Shown piece after piece: positions 1-7,391 of a DNA stretch of 20,000 nt; position 1 is the stretch's first letter; every line of letters starts with the position of its first letter. The position numbers were made by a program, and so were the translations under genes. Under the pieces are notes generated by a model that worked only from the letters and a program-made list of their open reading frames with translations, was not told where the DNA came from and did not search any database. The DNA comes from an uncultured virus (IMG/VR IMGVR_UViG_3300042402_005558) (lineage: Duplodnaviria > Heunggongvirae > Uroviricota > Caudoviricetes), in IMG/VR virus record IMGVR_UViG_3300042402_005558. One strand, written 5' to 3'.

Positions 1-1636
1 CCCTAGATCTACGCATTCCTAATCTAGCACCATCAGTAACCGAACTGGTATTATTTTGAAGATACAATGGTAATGAGTTCGCAGTTGCCGAAGCTACGAT
101 CAATTGTCCATTGATTAATGTAGAAACAGCGCCTATCGACATTTTTTCTATCAAGGTACCGACACTATTCGCAACATAAAAATCAAGTCTTCCCGGCACT
201 CTGCCAGTAGTTACCGTAGATCCGGTTTCTACAACTGATCTTATTTGAGCAGAATTTGAATAGTCAGCACCGTCGTAACCTGCAAAATTAAATTTAGCAA
301 GCACGTCGTCGGGTTGAACAGCGATTGGTAATCCTCCAGATTCCCTAGCCTTGGTTAATCTAAAATCTCTGCTTTCCTGGTTGTTATGAATTTGCACCAA
401 TCTATAAGCAGGAGCTGTAGAGAAGTCATCGATATTTTGAAATAATTGCCCATCATTTCTTATTCTTAATCGCGGTCCGAACGTGTTTGTGGTAGATGAT
501 CTAGTCCAGAATTCAAAACCAGCTGGCGCTATAGATGATGTTGGTGTTCCTTGAATTTTTGTAAAAATACCAGCAACTGTGTCATATCCGTCAGTAACCT
601 TGGCACTAGATATAACTGCACCTATTGTGTCACCATCTAACACGTTTAATGGGGATAAATCATTTCCTCGAGCTCTTCTTAGATTAAGAAAAGAAGCCGA
701 TACAGAGTCATCATGGAATTGATCTAATGCTATAGTCCGAAGATTTGTTTCATTGGTTATGAAGGTACCTTCACTGTAAAAATTCGAATCACCCTCAACA
801 GTTACCGCAGTCTGAAAATTAACGGGGGTATCTACAACAATGGTAGTAGATGTTGCAGAAGAAATTAAGTTAGTCTCAATGTTACCACTGACATTACCTG
901 TTAGATCTCCAAAGAATCGTCCGCCGGTTGCATCTACCAACATAGTTGAATCATCTGCAAATACAGAACCTTTAACGTCACCTGTATGATATCCGACAGT
1001 ATTACCGGATAAAGTGCCCGAAAAAATGCCGGCAGTTAATGTATCAGTGCTTGGGTTATATGTTAGGGCGGTATCTGTTCTTAAGGTTTCATTGCCAGTA
1101 GCGGTATCAACGAATGTGATAAAGTGTCCAGTTGCGGTAAAATTAGTAGCAGTAAGTGCTACTGTGGTGGCTGTGGTAGCTGTTGTAGCAGTGTCTGCAT
1201 TACCTGTGACATTGCCTGTGACATTGCCTGTGACATTGCCTGTGACATTGCCTGTGACATTAGAAAATACAGGTCCAACAATTCTGCCCAAAGTAGCATC
1301 TATGAGTAGAGTAGAATCTTCTGCTACTACGTCGCCTTTAAATACTCCGCCTATTGTACCTGTGTTGGTAGTTAGATCTAATTCGGCAGATATACTAGCG
1401 CCTGCGTCATTATATGCGAAAGTTATACCACTGTGTGTGCCGTTGGCAAACAATCCTGCAGCAGCATCCTGTGCATTTTCATCAGTATAACCGGTAATTT
1501 GTATGCCACCTAGTGTGCTGCCATTACCAACATATAATTTTTGTTCATCAGTAACATACAACAGTTCGCCCTGAGCTAGGGCCTGTGTCATGGCTTGTCT
1601 TTGTGCGTTTGTGCCTCTGCGAATCTGTAAGGGCAT
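1..1636 (-). CDS. Tail fibre / receptor-binding-like virion protein (partial, runs off the left edge)
   Basis: ATG at 1636 preceded by AGGAG. Reads MPLQIRRGTNAQRQAMTQALAQGELLYVTDEQKLYVGNG, resembling the Mtd-type N-terminal motif of phage fibres. Followed by (VTGN)5, two KG[DS]VxA[ED]DSTxLxDA repeats and RARG...P..V...D repeats. Open to the window edge by hand translation. Confidence 0.85.
   Translation of the reverse strand, partial: MPLQIRRGTNAQRQAMTQALAQGELLYVTDEQKLYVGNGSTLGGIQITGYTDENAQDAAAGLFANGTHSGITFAYNDAGASISAELDLTTNTGTIGGVFKGDVVAEDSTLLIDATLGRIVGPVFSNVTGNVTGNVTGNVTGNVTGNADTATTATTATTVALTATNFTATGHFITFVDTATGNETLRTDTALTYNPSTDTLTAGIFSGTLSGNTVGYHTGDVKGSVFADDSTMLVDATGGRFFGDLTGNVSGNIETNLISSATSTTIVVDTPVNFQTAVTVEGDSNFYSEGTFITNETNLRTIALDQFHDDSVSASFLNLRRARGNDLSPLNVLDGDTIGAVISSAKVTDGYDTVAGIFTKIQGTPTSSIAPAGFEFWTRSSTTNTFGPRLRIRNDGQLFQNIDDFSTAPAYRLVQIHNNQESRDFRLTKARESGGLPIAVQPDDVLAKFNFAGYDGADYSNSAQIRSVVETGSTVTTGRVPGRLDFYVANSVGTLIEKMSIGAVSTLINGQLIVASATANSLPLYLQNNTSSVTDGARLGMRRSR
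1198..1261 (-). repeat. 12-bp tandem repeat x5 encoding (VTGN)n
   Basis: CATTRCCTGTGA occurs five times on the + strand, in frame within the fibre gene. Confidence 0.95.
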
Positions 1637-1666
1637 GTTTAAACTCCTGGATTATTCCTACTCATA

Positions 1667-1673
1667 TATTTAT
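1667..1673 (-). promoter_or_regulatory. Putative T4-like late promoter element (ATAAATA)
   Basis: ATAAATA about 30 nt upstream of the fibre ATG and just after a terminator, with no sigma70 -35 box. Confidence 0.55.
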
Positions 1674-1698
1674 GTCGCAGAGTCCAGAACATATAGCC

Positions 1699-1727
1699 AA
1701 AAAAATAGCACCCGAAGGTGCTATTTT
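1699..1727 (-). terminator. Rho-independent terminator
   Basis: AAAATAGCACC-TTCG-GGTGCTATTTTTTT: a cUUCGg tetraloop hairpin with a U tract. Confidence 0.9.
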
Positions 1728-1775
1728 GCCCTTTTGTATAGCGCCTAGGGGCTGACGCTCAAATAGAACTATGTT

Positions 1776-2381
1776 CTAATCCACTGTAGGTCCGTTGCCA
1801 TTGCGGAAACCTACTTCGCCGCCTTCTGCTTGTATACGTGCTATGACATCTTCGAACAATATAGGGGCAAAATCCGGTGTCTGTTCCACACATACACAGT
1901 GATAACGAACATCTATTTCATCACCGTACAACACAGCACCTGTTCTAGCATCAACCCCGCGAGCTTTACGCACACGATTTGAGTGCAGGTGTCCGTGTAT
2001 GTTAACACCAAATCGACCCAAACTGGCTTCGTGTACAGGGATATGACTTAAGATCATACCGTTCATCACATGATAGGCACGTAATTCGCGGAAGTGTTGG
2101 ATATAATCCGTGTCTTTGAAAATATCGTGGTTACCACGGATCAACACCTTGTCGCCATTTAAACGATGCAAAATACTCAACGCTTTGCGGTTGATGACAA
2201 CATCGCCCAAATGGTAGACCTTGTCAGTGGGTTTTACACGTTCATTCCATGCCTTGACCATGGCTTCGTCCATTTCTTCAGCAGAGTCCCAAGGGCGCAA
2301 TTTAGTGCCATCATCACGGGTGAAGCGGCAAACACCTGTGTGTCCAAAGTGCGTGTCTGATACTAAAAATACACTAGGCAT
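1776..2381 (-). CDS. Calcineurin-like metallophosphoesterase
   Basis: Motifs SDTHFGH, HLGD, GNHD, SHIP and HGHLH. RBS AAGGAG. Confidence 0.9.
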   Translation of the reverse strand: MPSVFLVSDTHFGHTGVCRFTRDDGTKLRPWDSAEEMDEAMVKAWNERVKPTDKVYHLGDVVINRKALSILHRLNGDKVLIRGNHDIFKDTDYIQHFRELRAYHVMNGMILSHIPVHEASLGRFGVNIHGHLHSNRVRKARGVDARTGAVLYGDEIDVRYHCVCVEQTPDFAPILFEDVIARIQAEGGEVGFRNGNGPTVD

Positions 2382-2398
2382 CTTGCCCTCCTTTCATT

Positions 2399-2599
2399 TT
2401 AGATTCTACGTTTTTTCCAGGTGTAATCTACACCATCTGGGCACTTGCCGTTGACAACGCTGTCTGCGCCAAACCGCCCTACTATTTCCATTCCGTTAAC
2501 TGTGATGACAACAAACTCATTCACAGTCTTAGCCCACGTCATTGCTAGGGCTAATGTTTCAAATTCTTGTGTTTTTGTTTTGCTTTTTACTTCTATCAT
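2399..2599 (-). CDS. Hypothetical phage protein, probably leaderless
   Basis: 66-aa ORF whose ATG lies 6 nt after a TATAAT box. Confidence 0.75.
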   Translation of the reverse strand: MIEVKSKTKTQEFETLALAMTWAKTVNEFVVITVNGMEIVGRFGADSVVNGKCPDGVDYTWKKRRI

Positions 2600-2605
2600 T
2601 GTTCT

Positions 2606-2634
2606 ATTATAGCACCAAAAAGAAACCCTGTCAA
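2606..2634 (-). promoter_or_regulatory. sigma70-type promoter
   Basis: TTGACA-17nt-TATAAT with extended TGn. The inverted repeat ACCCTGT...ACAGGGT (2625-2650) overlaps the -35 box. Confidence 0.85.
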
Positions 2635-2675
2635 TCGAAATTAACAGGGTCTAGATGTTGTATTTTTACAACAGT

Positions 2676-2870
2676 TTAACATTCTAGATCAATGTTTCTA
2701 CCTTTGTCTAGATCTAACCGTAGATTTCTTGCCACCCGTTCTGCAACAATCTGCTCAAAGTTTTTTCGTTCTACTAACTTACGATAATCTTCTTCTCGCT
2801 TTTCTTGCAGATTTCTTTGTTCCAGATTGTACTGTTGTATTTGATATCGTTGGATACTTGATATATTCAT
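2676..2870 (-). CDS. Hypothetical protein
   Basis: 64-aa charged helical ORF with an ATGA overlap to the upstream gene. Confidence 0.7.
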   Translation of the reverse strand: MNISSIQRYQIQQYNLEQRNLQEKREEDYRKLVERKNFEQIVAERVARNLRLDLDKGRNIDLEC

Positions 2871-3406
2871 ATGTCACCTTCTCTTTCTCTTCGAGCTCTG
2901 CGTTCAGCGGCTAGCATAAAGACTTTCTCGTTGTCGTTGGTCCAATCTTCTGGAACCGGTACTCCATTGATCGAGTGAGGTTCCTGTTCATCGTAGAGCC
3001 AACCCAATGCTCGCATCATGCGATGCTTGACAAGTAGGTTCGGTGAACGAAACGCTTCAGTGTCGCGGAAGCCTAGCATAACACCGATTTCGCAAACCGC
3101 CCCGCTGCGGCAAACGCCGGCGTGACAGTGAACAACTACATTCATACGATTCTCTAGTGCGTGTTGCAGTAATCGAACCAGCTCATCAGCCTGTGATTGA
3201 CTGCAACGCATGACTTCTTCCAATGCAAAGTCTTTTTCTTCGATGTCCAAGAATTGGAACTGATGGACTTCTTTGAACTGATGTTTAGGAGTAGGAAAAT
3301 CTCCGGGCGGATCGCAGATCTGGATCAGCATAGAGTTTATGCCTGCGTCGATGTGATGTCCTTTACGGATATCGCTGAGTGCTACGTTTTGTATCCATGG
3401 ATTCAT
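2867..3406 (-). CDS. Cys-based protein tyrosine / dual-specificity phosphatase-like protein
   Basis: Active-site motif VHCHAGVCRS (HCx5R). Confidence 0.85.
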   Translation of the reverse strand: MNPWIQNVALSDIRKGHHIDAGINSMLIQICDPPGDFPTPKHQFKEVHQFQFLDIEEKDFALEEVMRCSQSQADELVRLLQHALENRMNVVVHCHAGVCRSGAVCEIGVMLGFRDTEAFRSPNLLVKHRMMRALGWLYDEQEPHSINGVPVPEDWTNDNEKVFMLAAERRARREREGDI

Positions 3407-3407
3407 G

Positions 3408-3830
3408 TCATGCTCCTGTTATCGCAAAAATTTTATTGGCTAGCACACGTTCTTTGGTATAGGCTTCGATTTCCCAAGGTTGATCGTAATAGCTTTTACG
3501 TATGTGCCGGCCCATCCAATAGTGTGTTTTGCAACTGCGGCTGGATTTGATCTGACCGCGAGCATATTGTTTGACATGTATCATTTCGTGTGCCAGGGTG
3601 ATTATCAGTCTTTCAAACTCTAGCCCAGAGTCTATGATCATGGTAAGAAATTTTGGACCTACTTTATGCACCGCACCTCGCATGCCTTCTTTACGGGCCA
3701 TTCCTCGTTCAGTCATGATCAACAGAGTGAACCGGCTACGGCTCAATCCCAGTTCTTTGGCAAAGAAATTCGCGGAGGTTTCTATGATTGATTTGGTAGG
3801 ACTAGCCCTACCTTCCATGATGATCTGCAT
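3408..3830 (-). CDS. HExxH zinc metallopeptidase-like protein
   Basis: TLAHEMIHVKQ plus PWEIEA motifs. Start moved to ATG 3830 because the longer ORF begins inside the promoter. Confidence 0.8.
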   Translation of the reverse strand: MQIIMEGRASPTKSIIETSANFFAKELGLSRSRFTLLIMTERGMARKEGMRGAVHKVGPKFLTMIIDSGLEFERLIITLAHEMIHVKQYARGQIKSSRSCKTHYWMGRHIRKSYYDQPWEIEAYTKERVLANKIFAITGA

Positions 3831-3858
3831 ATATGCCTTTGATAATTTGTATACTAGT

Positions 3859-3887
3859 ATTATACTACATTTATCAATTTTTGTCAA
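3859..3887 (-). promoter_or_regulatory. sigma70-type promoter
   Basis: TTGACA-17nt-TATAAT. Confidence 0.85.
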
Positions 3888-3888
3888 G

Positions 3889-3962
3889 TGGTGCTCTCAG
3901 GTGGTAATGCTCCACCGTTTCTACATTACCAATGTAGTGTAATGCTTTTATACTATGAGAGC
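3889..3962 (-). tRNA. tRNA-Thr(GGT) with atypical D and T loops
   Basis: Acceptor GCTCTCA/TGAGAGC+ACCA. Anticodon arm CTACA-TTGGTAA-TGTAG. T arm GGTGG-AGCATTA-CCACC. Confidence 0.8.
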
Positions 3963-3966
3963 GGCG

Positions 3967-4041
3967 TGGTCCGGCCAGCAGGAATCGAACCCACATTCGC
4001 GAGGTAGAAGCTCGCTGTATTATCCATTATACTATGGCCAG
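3967..4041 (-). tRNA. tRNA-Arg(TCT)
   Basis: Anticodon arm GCGAG-CTTCTAC-CTCGC, TTCGATT T loop, CCA end. Confidence 0.9.
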
Positions 4042-4042
4042 T

Positions 4043-4618
4043 TTAGTCTATTTGAATGTCTGCGGCTAAGACAAATCTGTATTGATCGCTCTGTACGATT
4101 CCGGGGCGATGCCACATGTTGCCGGGATAGATCAACCAATTACCATCTGCGGGACGCACAAAATATCTGTCATCAGATTGAGGACCCCCCGGTGCCATCT
4201 CTGTACCGCAATAGTCTCGATCTTTAACATCCTCGGGTATGTGTAGATACCAAATACCACTGAGTATTTGTGCGGTGGGGGTAGTAGGATGCCAATGATG
4301 ATGCCAGAGATTATCACGGTTTTCGGCACCCTCGAGATTGGTCATAAAACTCCAGGCCATCATGTTAGATATTTTGGCTTCACGGCCTAGATACATGAAC
4401 GCACTCATCATGAAACTCACACGGTATTTTAACCATACAGCTTCTGATCTAGCAAAGATGTTTTCTTTGGTTTGATACTTAGGCGAATTAGTAAAATAGT
4501 TACCGTCAGCTATGATCGTCTTGATAATTTCACAGGCTTCGAGATCATCTTGCTTGGTGATCAACGATGAGAAATCAAATTTTTGAAAAATTTCATTTTT
4601 GTCTATCGTTTTGTACAT
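4043..4618 (-). CDS. 2OG-Fe(II) oxygenase / cupin-like protein
   Basis: WHHHWH...LSGIWYL...IYPGNMWHRP...RFVLA pattern of a double-stranded beta-helix enzyme. Confidence 0.65.
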   Translation of the reverse strand: MYKTIDKNEIFQKFDFSSLITKQDDLEACEIIKTIIADGNYFTNSPKYQTKENIFARSEAVWLKYRVSFMMSAFMYLGREAKISNMMAWSFMTNLEGAENRDNLWHHHWHPTTPTAQILSGIWYLHIPEDVKDRDYCGTEMAPGGPQSDDRYFVRPADGNWLIYPGNMWHRPGIVQSDQYRFVLAADIQID

Positions 4619-4648
4619 TATGTGTCTTCTGAGAATTTAATAATTTTT

Positions 4649-5185
4649 TCAGCCTTTAAAGCCTATATCTAGTATCTTAAAAATATCTTTGTTTTTCAAA
4701 ATAAAATCTAATACCACAATTACGTCTTGGACATTCATTTTTTTACCCTGTTCATTGCGTGTTCTGTCTGTATCAATAAGGCCGGGTCTAAGATTTATTA
4801 GATAAGGATATTTTAATACGTGTTGATTTTTTGTACAAAAAAGATCCAACTCTTTCTTAACTCGAAAAGACTCTGAAAATTCAAAATTGCCATCTACAAA
4901 AGTGGATCTAAAACTACTTACATTAATTATAATTTTATTTTGATGTTTCCAAAGTTCGTGCATATCTTTAAGTAAATGCAGTTGTGCAGAATCTCCATTA
5001 ACATGTGCGTTATTCACAAAAATATCTGCATCTTCAGATGCATTTACTATTTCTGTTCTACAATCAGGGTCAGTGATATCAAACCCATTACTTTTTGAAA
5101 ATCCAACAACTTCATTGTCTTTAGAAAAATAATCATAAATGCCTTTTCCTAGACCTCTCGTATGTCCGGTAACGATTATTTTCAT
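4649..5185 (-). CDS. Short SDR family oxidoreductase
   Basis: TGHTRGLG Rossmann motif, FVNNA, IINVSS, PGLIDT. Confidence 0.85.
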   Translation of the reverse strand: MKIIVTGHTRGLGKGIYDYFSKDNEVVGFSKSNGFDITDPDCRTEIVNASEDADIFVNNAHVNGDSAQLHLLKDMHELWKHQNKIIINVSSFRSTFVDGNFEFSESFRVKKELDLFCTKNQHVLKYPYLINLRPGLIDTDRTRNEQGKKMNVQDVIVVLDFILKNKDIFKILDIGFKG

Positions 5186-5199
5186 CTTGTTATTTTATT

Positions 5200-5273
5200 T
5201 GGAGCGGGGTAAGAGAATCGAACTCTCCGCATGAGCTTGGAAGGCTCAGGTATTACCACTATACGAACCCCGC
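5200..5273 (-). tRNA. tRNA-Gly(TCC)
   Basis: Anticodon arm TGAGC-CTTCCAA-GCTCA, U73 discriminator, CCA. Confidence 0.95.
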
Positions 5274-5302
5274 ATAGATTTATTTAATCTATAATCTTAA
5301 GA

Positions 5303-5530
5303 CTAGACTTTTTTCAGGTATTCTCGACCCACCGCACCTGACTGCACATCTAACAGTGCTGCCACAGGTGCGTTCATCTGCGTCTGTAGTTCAGCTGCCT
5401 TGTGTCTGCGACTGAGCTCTCTGGCACGAGCTGATGCAATCAGCACCAAGTCAAATCTATTACCGCCTATATTTTCCACACATTTTTCTGTGTCAATTTC
5501 GGGACCACGACTCAGTGATTTATTTTTCAT
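5303..5530 (-). CDS. rpoZ: RNA polymerase omega subunit homologue
   Basis: NRFDLVLIASARAREL...PVAALLDV matches the RpoZ consensus. Confidence 0.85.
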   Translation of the reverse strand: MKNKSLSRGPEIDTEKCVENIGGNRFDLVLIASARARELSRRHKAAELQTQMNAPVAALLDVQSGAVGREYLKKV

Positions 5531-5544
5531 ACGTACCTTATGGT

Positions 5545-5618
5545 TGGTTGCGGGACCCGGAATCGAACCAGGATCTCGAGCTTATGAGACTCGTGAGTTA
5601 CCGTTTCTCTATCCCGCG
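5545..5618 (-). tRNA. tRNA-fMet-like (CAT)
   Basis: Starts CGCGGGA with a C1:A72 mismatch. A11:U24 pair, loop CTCATAA, CCA. Confidence 0.85.
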
Positions 5619-5624
5619 ATAGTT

Positions 5625-6200
5625 TTAAATTAATGCTTCGGCCTGCAATACAGCAACTACATCTTCTGAAAGAGGAATCTCTGTCTTGATGTTGAGTTCT
5701 AACACTTCGTCGTTGATCTTCTGTTTCTGCTTTTTAAGACTCAACACTTCTGCTTTGGCCTGTGCGATCTGTTCTAGTCCTAGCACACCTGTGGTAACTG
5801 TGTCGCTGTAGCCGTAGATGCGACTGCGAGTAGATTCGCTCTTGTCGTTGCGGATTTTGTCCAGCTTGCCTTTGATTACATCTAGAGCAGTGATTTCTGT
5901 GGCCTTGGCCAATTCCTCTAGCTGACCAATACGCTTGTCGATAAAGGCTGCTTTGGCCAATGCAGTGTCGATACCACTGGCGGTATTGGCTGTGCCTACT
6001 AGAGCACGGATATTGTACAGAGCCATGGTCAGCTTCTGACGGCGGCCGTCATTTTCTACCAAGGTGGAGTTAGCTTTAGTGATAACGTCCTCGACTGTTT
6101 GGAACTCATTGATCTCTACAGTGAGATCAATTTTGATGTTCTTGATTGCTTCTGTGATGCTGTGTTGTACAGCATTGGCCTTGCGCAGTGTGATGTTCAT
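5625..6200 (-). CDS. Long helical coiled-coil protein, DIP1984-family-like architecture by eye
   Basis: 191 aa, helical. YNIRALVGTAN..IDTALAK and KKQKQKINDEVLELNIKTEI resemble the DIP1984/DUF6847 pattern. Not verified by search. Confidence 0.6.
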   Translation of the reverse strand: MNITLRKANAVQHSITEAIKNIKIDLTVEINEFQTVEDVITKANSTLVENDGRRQKLTMALYNIRALVGTANTASGIDTALAKAAFIDKRIGQLEELAKATEITALDVIKGKLDKIRNDKSESTRSRIYGYSDTVTTGVLGLEQIAQAKAEVLSLKKQKQKINDEVLELNIKTEIPLSEDVVAVLQAEALI

Positions 6201-6217
6201 TGATTTTCTCTCTTTTT

Positions 6218-6486
6218 AAAAATATAACGGTTTGACGAAAGGTCAAGTAAAAGACCGGACAAAGGACAACGGAAGGTTTGTAATCTTCCTTTGACAATGT
6301 GCAATTAACAATACACAGAGGTCCATATATTTCCGATTAACAAATGACATTCTATTAGGGATCGGATCACACAAACACGTTCCAATGTTCAGTTGGATTG
6401 TAAGTTCGGAGTAAGCATGAAGCTCACGCCTTGTGTCTTTTCTCATCTACCCTTCATCTCGCCGGTCACGTTATTTCTAACGCAAC
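6218..6486 (-). ncRNA. Structured leader / ncRNA with 7-nt periodic motifs
   Basis: Long-range pairings ATAACG/CGTTAT, GATGAAGGGT/ACCTTTCGTC, AAAAGAC/GTCTTTT and TCCGAT/ATCGGA enclose runs of NNNNTGN heptamers. Confidence 0.7.
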
Positions 6487-6492
6487 AAAACA

Positions 6493-6521
6493 AGTATAAC
6501 ATTCTTTACTGTGTTTGTCAA
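6493..6521 (-). promoter_or_regulatory. sigma70-type promoter
   Basis: TTGACA-17nt-TATACT with extended TGn. Confidence 0.85.
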
Positions 6522-6537
6522 TACTTTTTGGTAAAAT

Positions 6538-6611
6538 TGGTGCCCCTTGACAGAATCGAACTGCCGTAACCTGATTACAAAACAGGTGTAATACCATTAT
6601 ACTAAAAGGGC
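6538..6611 (-). tRNA. tRNA-Thr(TGT)
   Basis: Anticodon arm CCTGT-TTTGTAA-TCAGG, T loop, ACCA. Confidence 0.92.
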
Positions 6612-6628
6612 CTAATACTATATATCTC

Positions 6629-6702
6629 TGGTGGAGGATGAGAGAATCGAACTCTCAATCTCGGCTTGCAAAGCCGATGTTATCCCATTTAACTAATCCC
6701 CC
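6629..6702 (-). tRNA. tRNA-Ala(TGC)
   Basis: G3:U70 pair, loop TTTGCAA, ACCA. Confidence 0.95.
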
Positions 6703-6708
6703 AGAATT

Positions 6709-6888
6709 TTATTGCTTGACTGCGTCGGGCTTGCGACCTTTTTCACGTTTAGGTTGGATGGCCGCACATAGTTCAGCGTCAATCATAGCACGTTTCCACT
6801 GCCCCTTTTGATGTGGATCTTGGAATGTTGACAGTGCAAGGCTGGCCTTGAGTGGCTTTGACATCTTGTAGTTCTTAGTAGGTTTCAT
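6709..6888 (-). CDS. Small basic hypothetical protein (59 aa)
   Basis: AAGGA RBS before ATG 6888 (MKPTKNYK...). The longer ORF-track start lies inside tRNA-Ser. Confidence 0.7.
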   Translation of the reverse strand: MKPTKNYKMSKPLKASLALSTFQDPHQKGQWKRAMIDAELCAAIQPKREKGRKPDAVKQ

Positions 6889-6907
6889 ATATTTCCTTTT
6901 TAAAATT

Positions 6908-6993
6908 TGGCGGAAGACCGGGGACTCGAACCCCGAAACCGTTGCCGATCGACGGCTTAGCAAGCCGCTCCAATACCATTATGGGAGTCTTCC
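6908..6993 (-). tRNA. tRNA-Ser(GCT)
   Basis: Loop TTGCTAA, long variable arm, G73, CCA. Confidence 0.93.
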
Positions 6994-7000
6994 GTATTAC

Positions 7001-7074
7001 TGGTACCTCGTGACAGAATCGAACTGCCGTATCCCACTTGTAAGGAGGGCATTCTACCATTAAATTAACGAGGC
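7001..7074 (-). tRNA. tRNA-Val(TAC)
   Basis: Loop CTTACAA with one U:U mismatch in the anticodon stem, ACCA. Confidence 0.9.
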
Positions 7075-7081
7075 ATAACCA

Positions 7082-7242
7082 TTAAAAAATAACATTACAC
7101 CCTATGGGATGAGACGGATTTCTGAGTGGAGTTCGATTCTCCTCATCAGCCATTGTCCACGGTTATTTCAGAAGAGTAAGATGGCCCTATTCTTCATAAG
7201 TCTATGCGTCCATAGACGATACCCGCTAATGCTATTTCTTAA
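7082..7242 (-). ncRNA. Unidentified multi-hairpin RNA between tRNAs
   Basis: 16-bp closing helix TTAAGAAATAGCATTA/TAATGTTATTTTTTAA whose G:U pairs form only on the minus strand. Inner hairpins include GTCTATG-GACG-CATAGAC and GAAGA...TCTTC. Confidence 0.7.
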
Positions 7243-7326
7243 TGGTGCCCCAGGAGAGACTCGAACTCTCACGCCTTGCGACATCGGCTTCTAAGACCGA
7301 CGTGTCTACCATTCCACCACCGGGGC
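7243..7326 (-). tRNA. tRNA-Leu(TAG)
   Basis: Loop CTTAGAA, long variable arm, ACCA. Confidence 0.95.
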
Positions 7327-7340
7327 TAACTACAACAACT

Positions 7341-7369
7341 ATTATACGACAATTTTAGTCTCTTGTCAA
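7341..7369 (-). promoter_or_regulatory. sigma70-type promoter internal to the tRNA array
   Basis: TTGACA-17nt-TATAAT, 14 nt before tRNA-Leu(TAG). Confidence 0.85.
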
Positions 7370-7391
7370 GAGTTTTAGAAATAAATATCAG

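Noticed and set aside
1014..1490. Plus-strand 158-aa and 61-aa ORFs with PVTL and CDIA repeats
   Set aside because: They are antisense shadows of the fibre gene's VTGN repeat.
1..1636. Diversity-generating retroelement suggested by the Mtd-like N-terminus
   Set aside because: No reverse transcriptase or TR/VR pair is visible in the window.
3967..4041. Possible amber suppressor (CTA within the loop CTTCTAC) or genetic recoding
   Set aside because: The 5-bp stem centres the anticodon on TCT. TAG, TGA and TAA all end full-length genes in this window.
6243..6446. 67-aa minus-strand ORF in the long leader
   Set aside because: Weak RBS and unremarkable sequence. The region is better explained by RNA pairing and 7-nt periodicity, although translation is not excluded.
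7115..7152. Hammerhead-like CTGATGA...GAAA on the minus strand
   Set aside because: CTGA pairs with the TCAG preceding GAAA, and I could not build stems I and III around a cleavage triplet.
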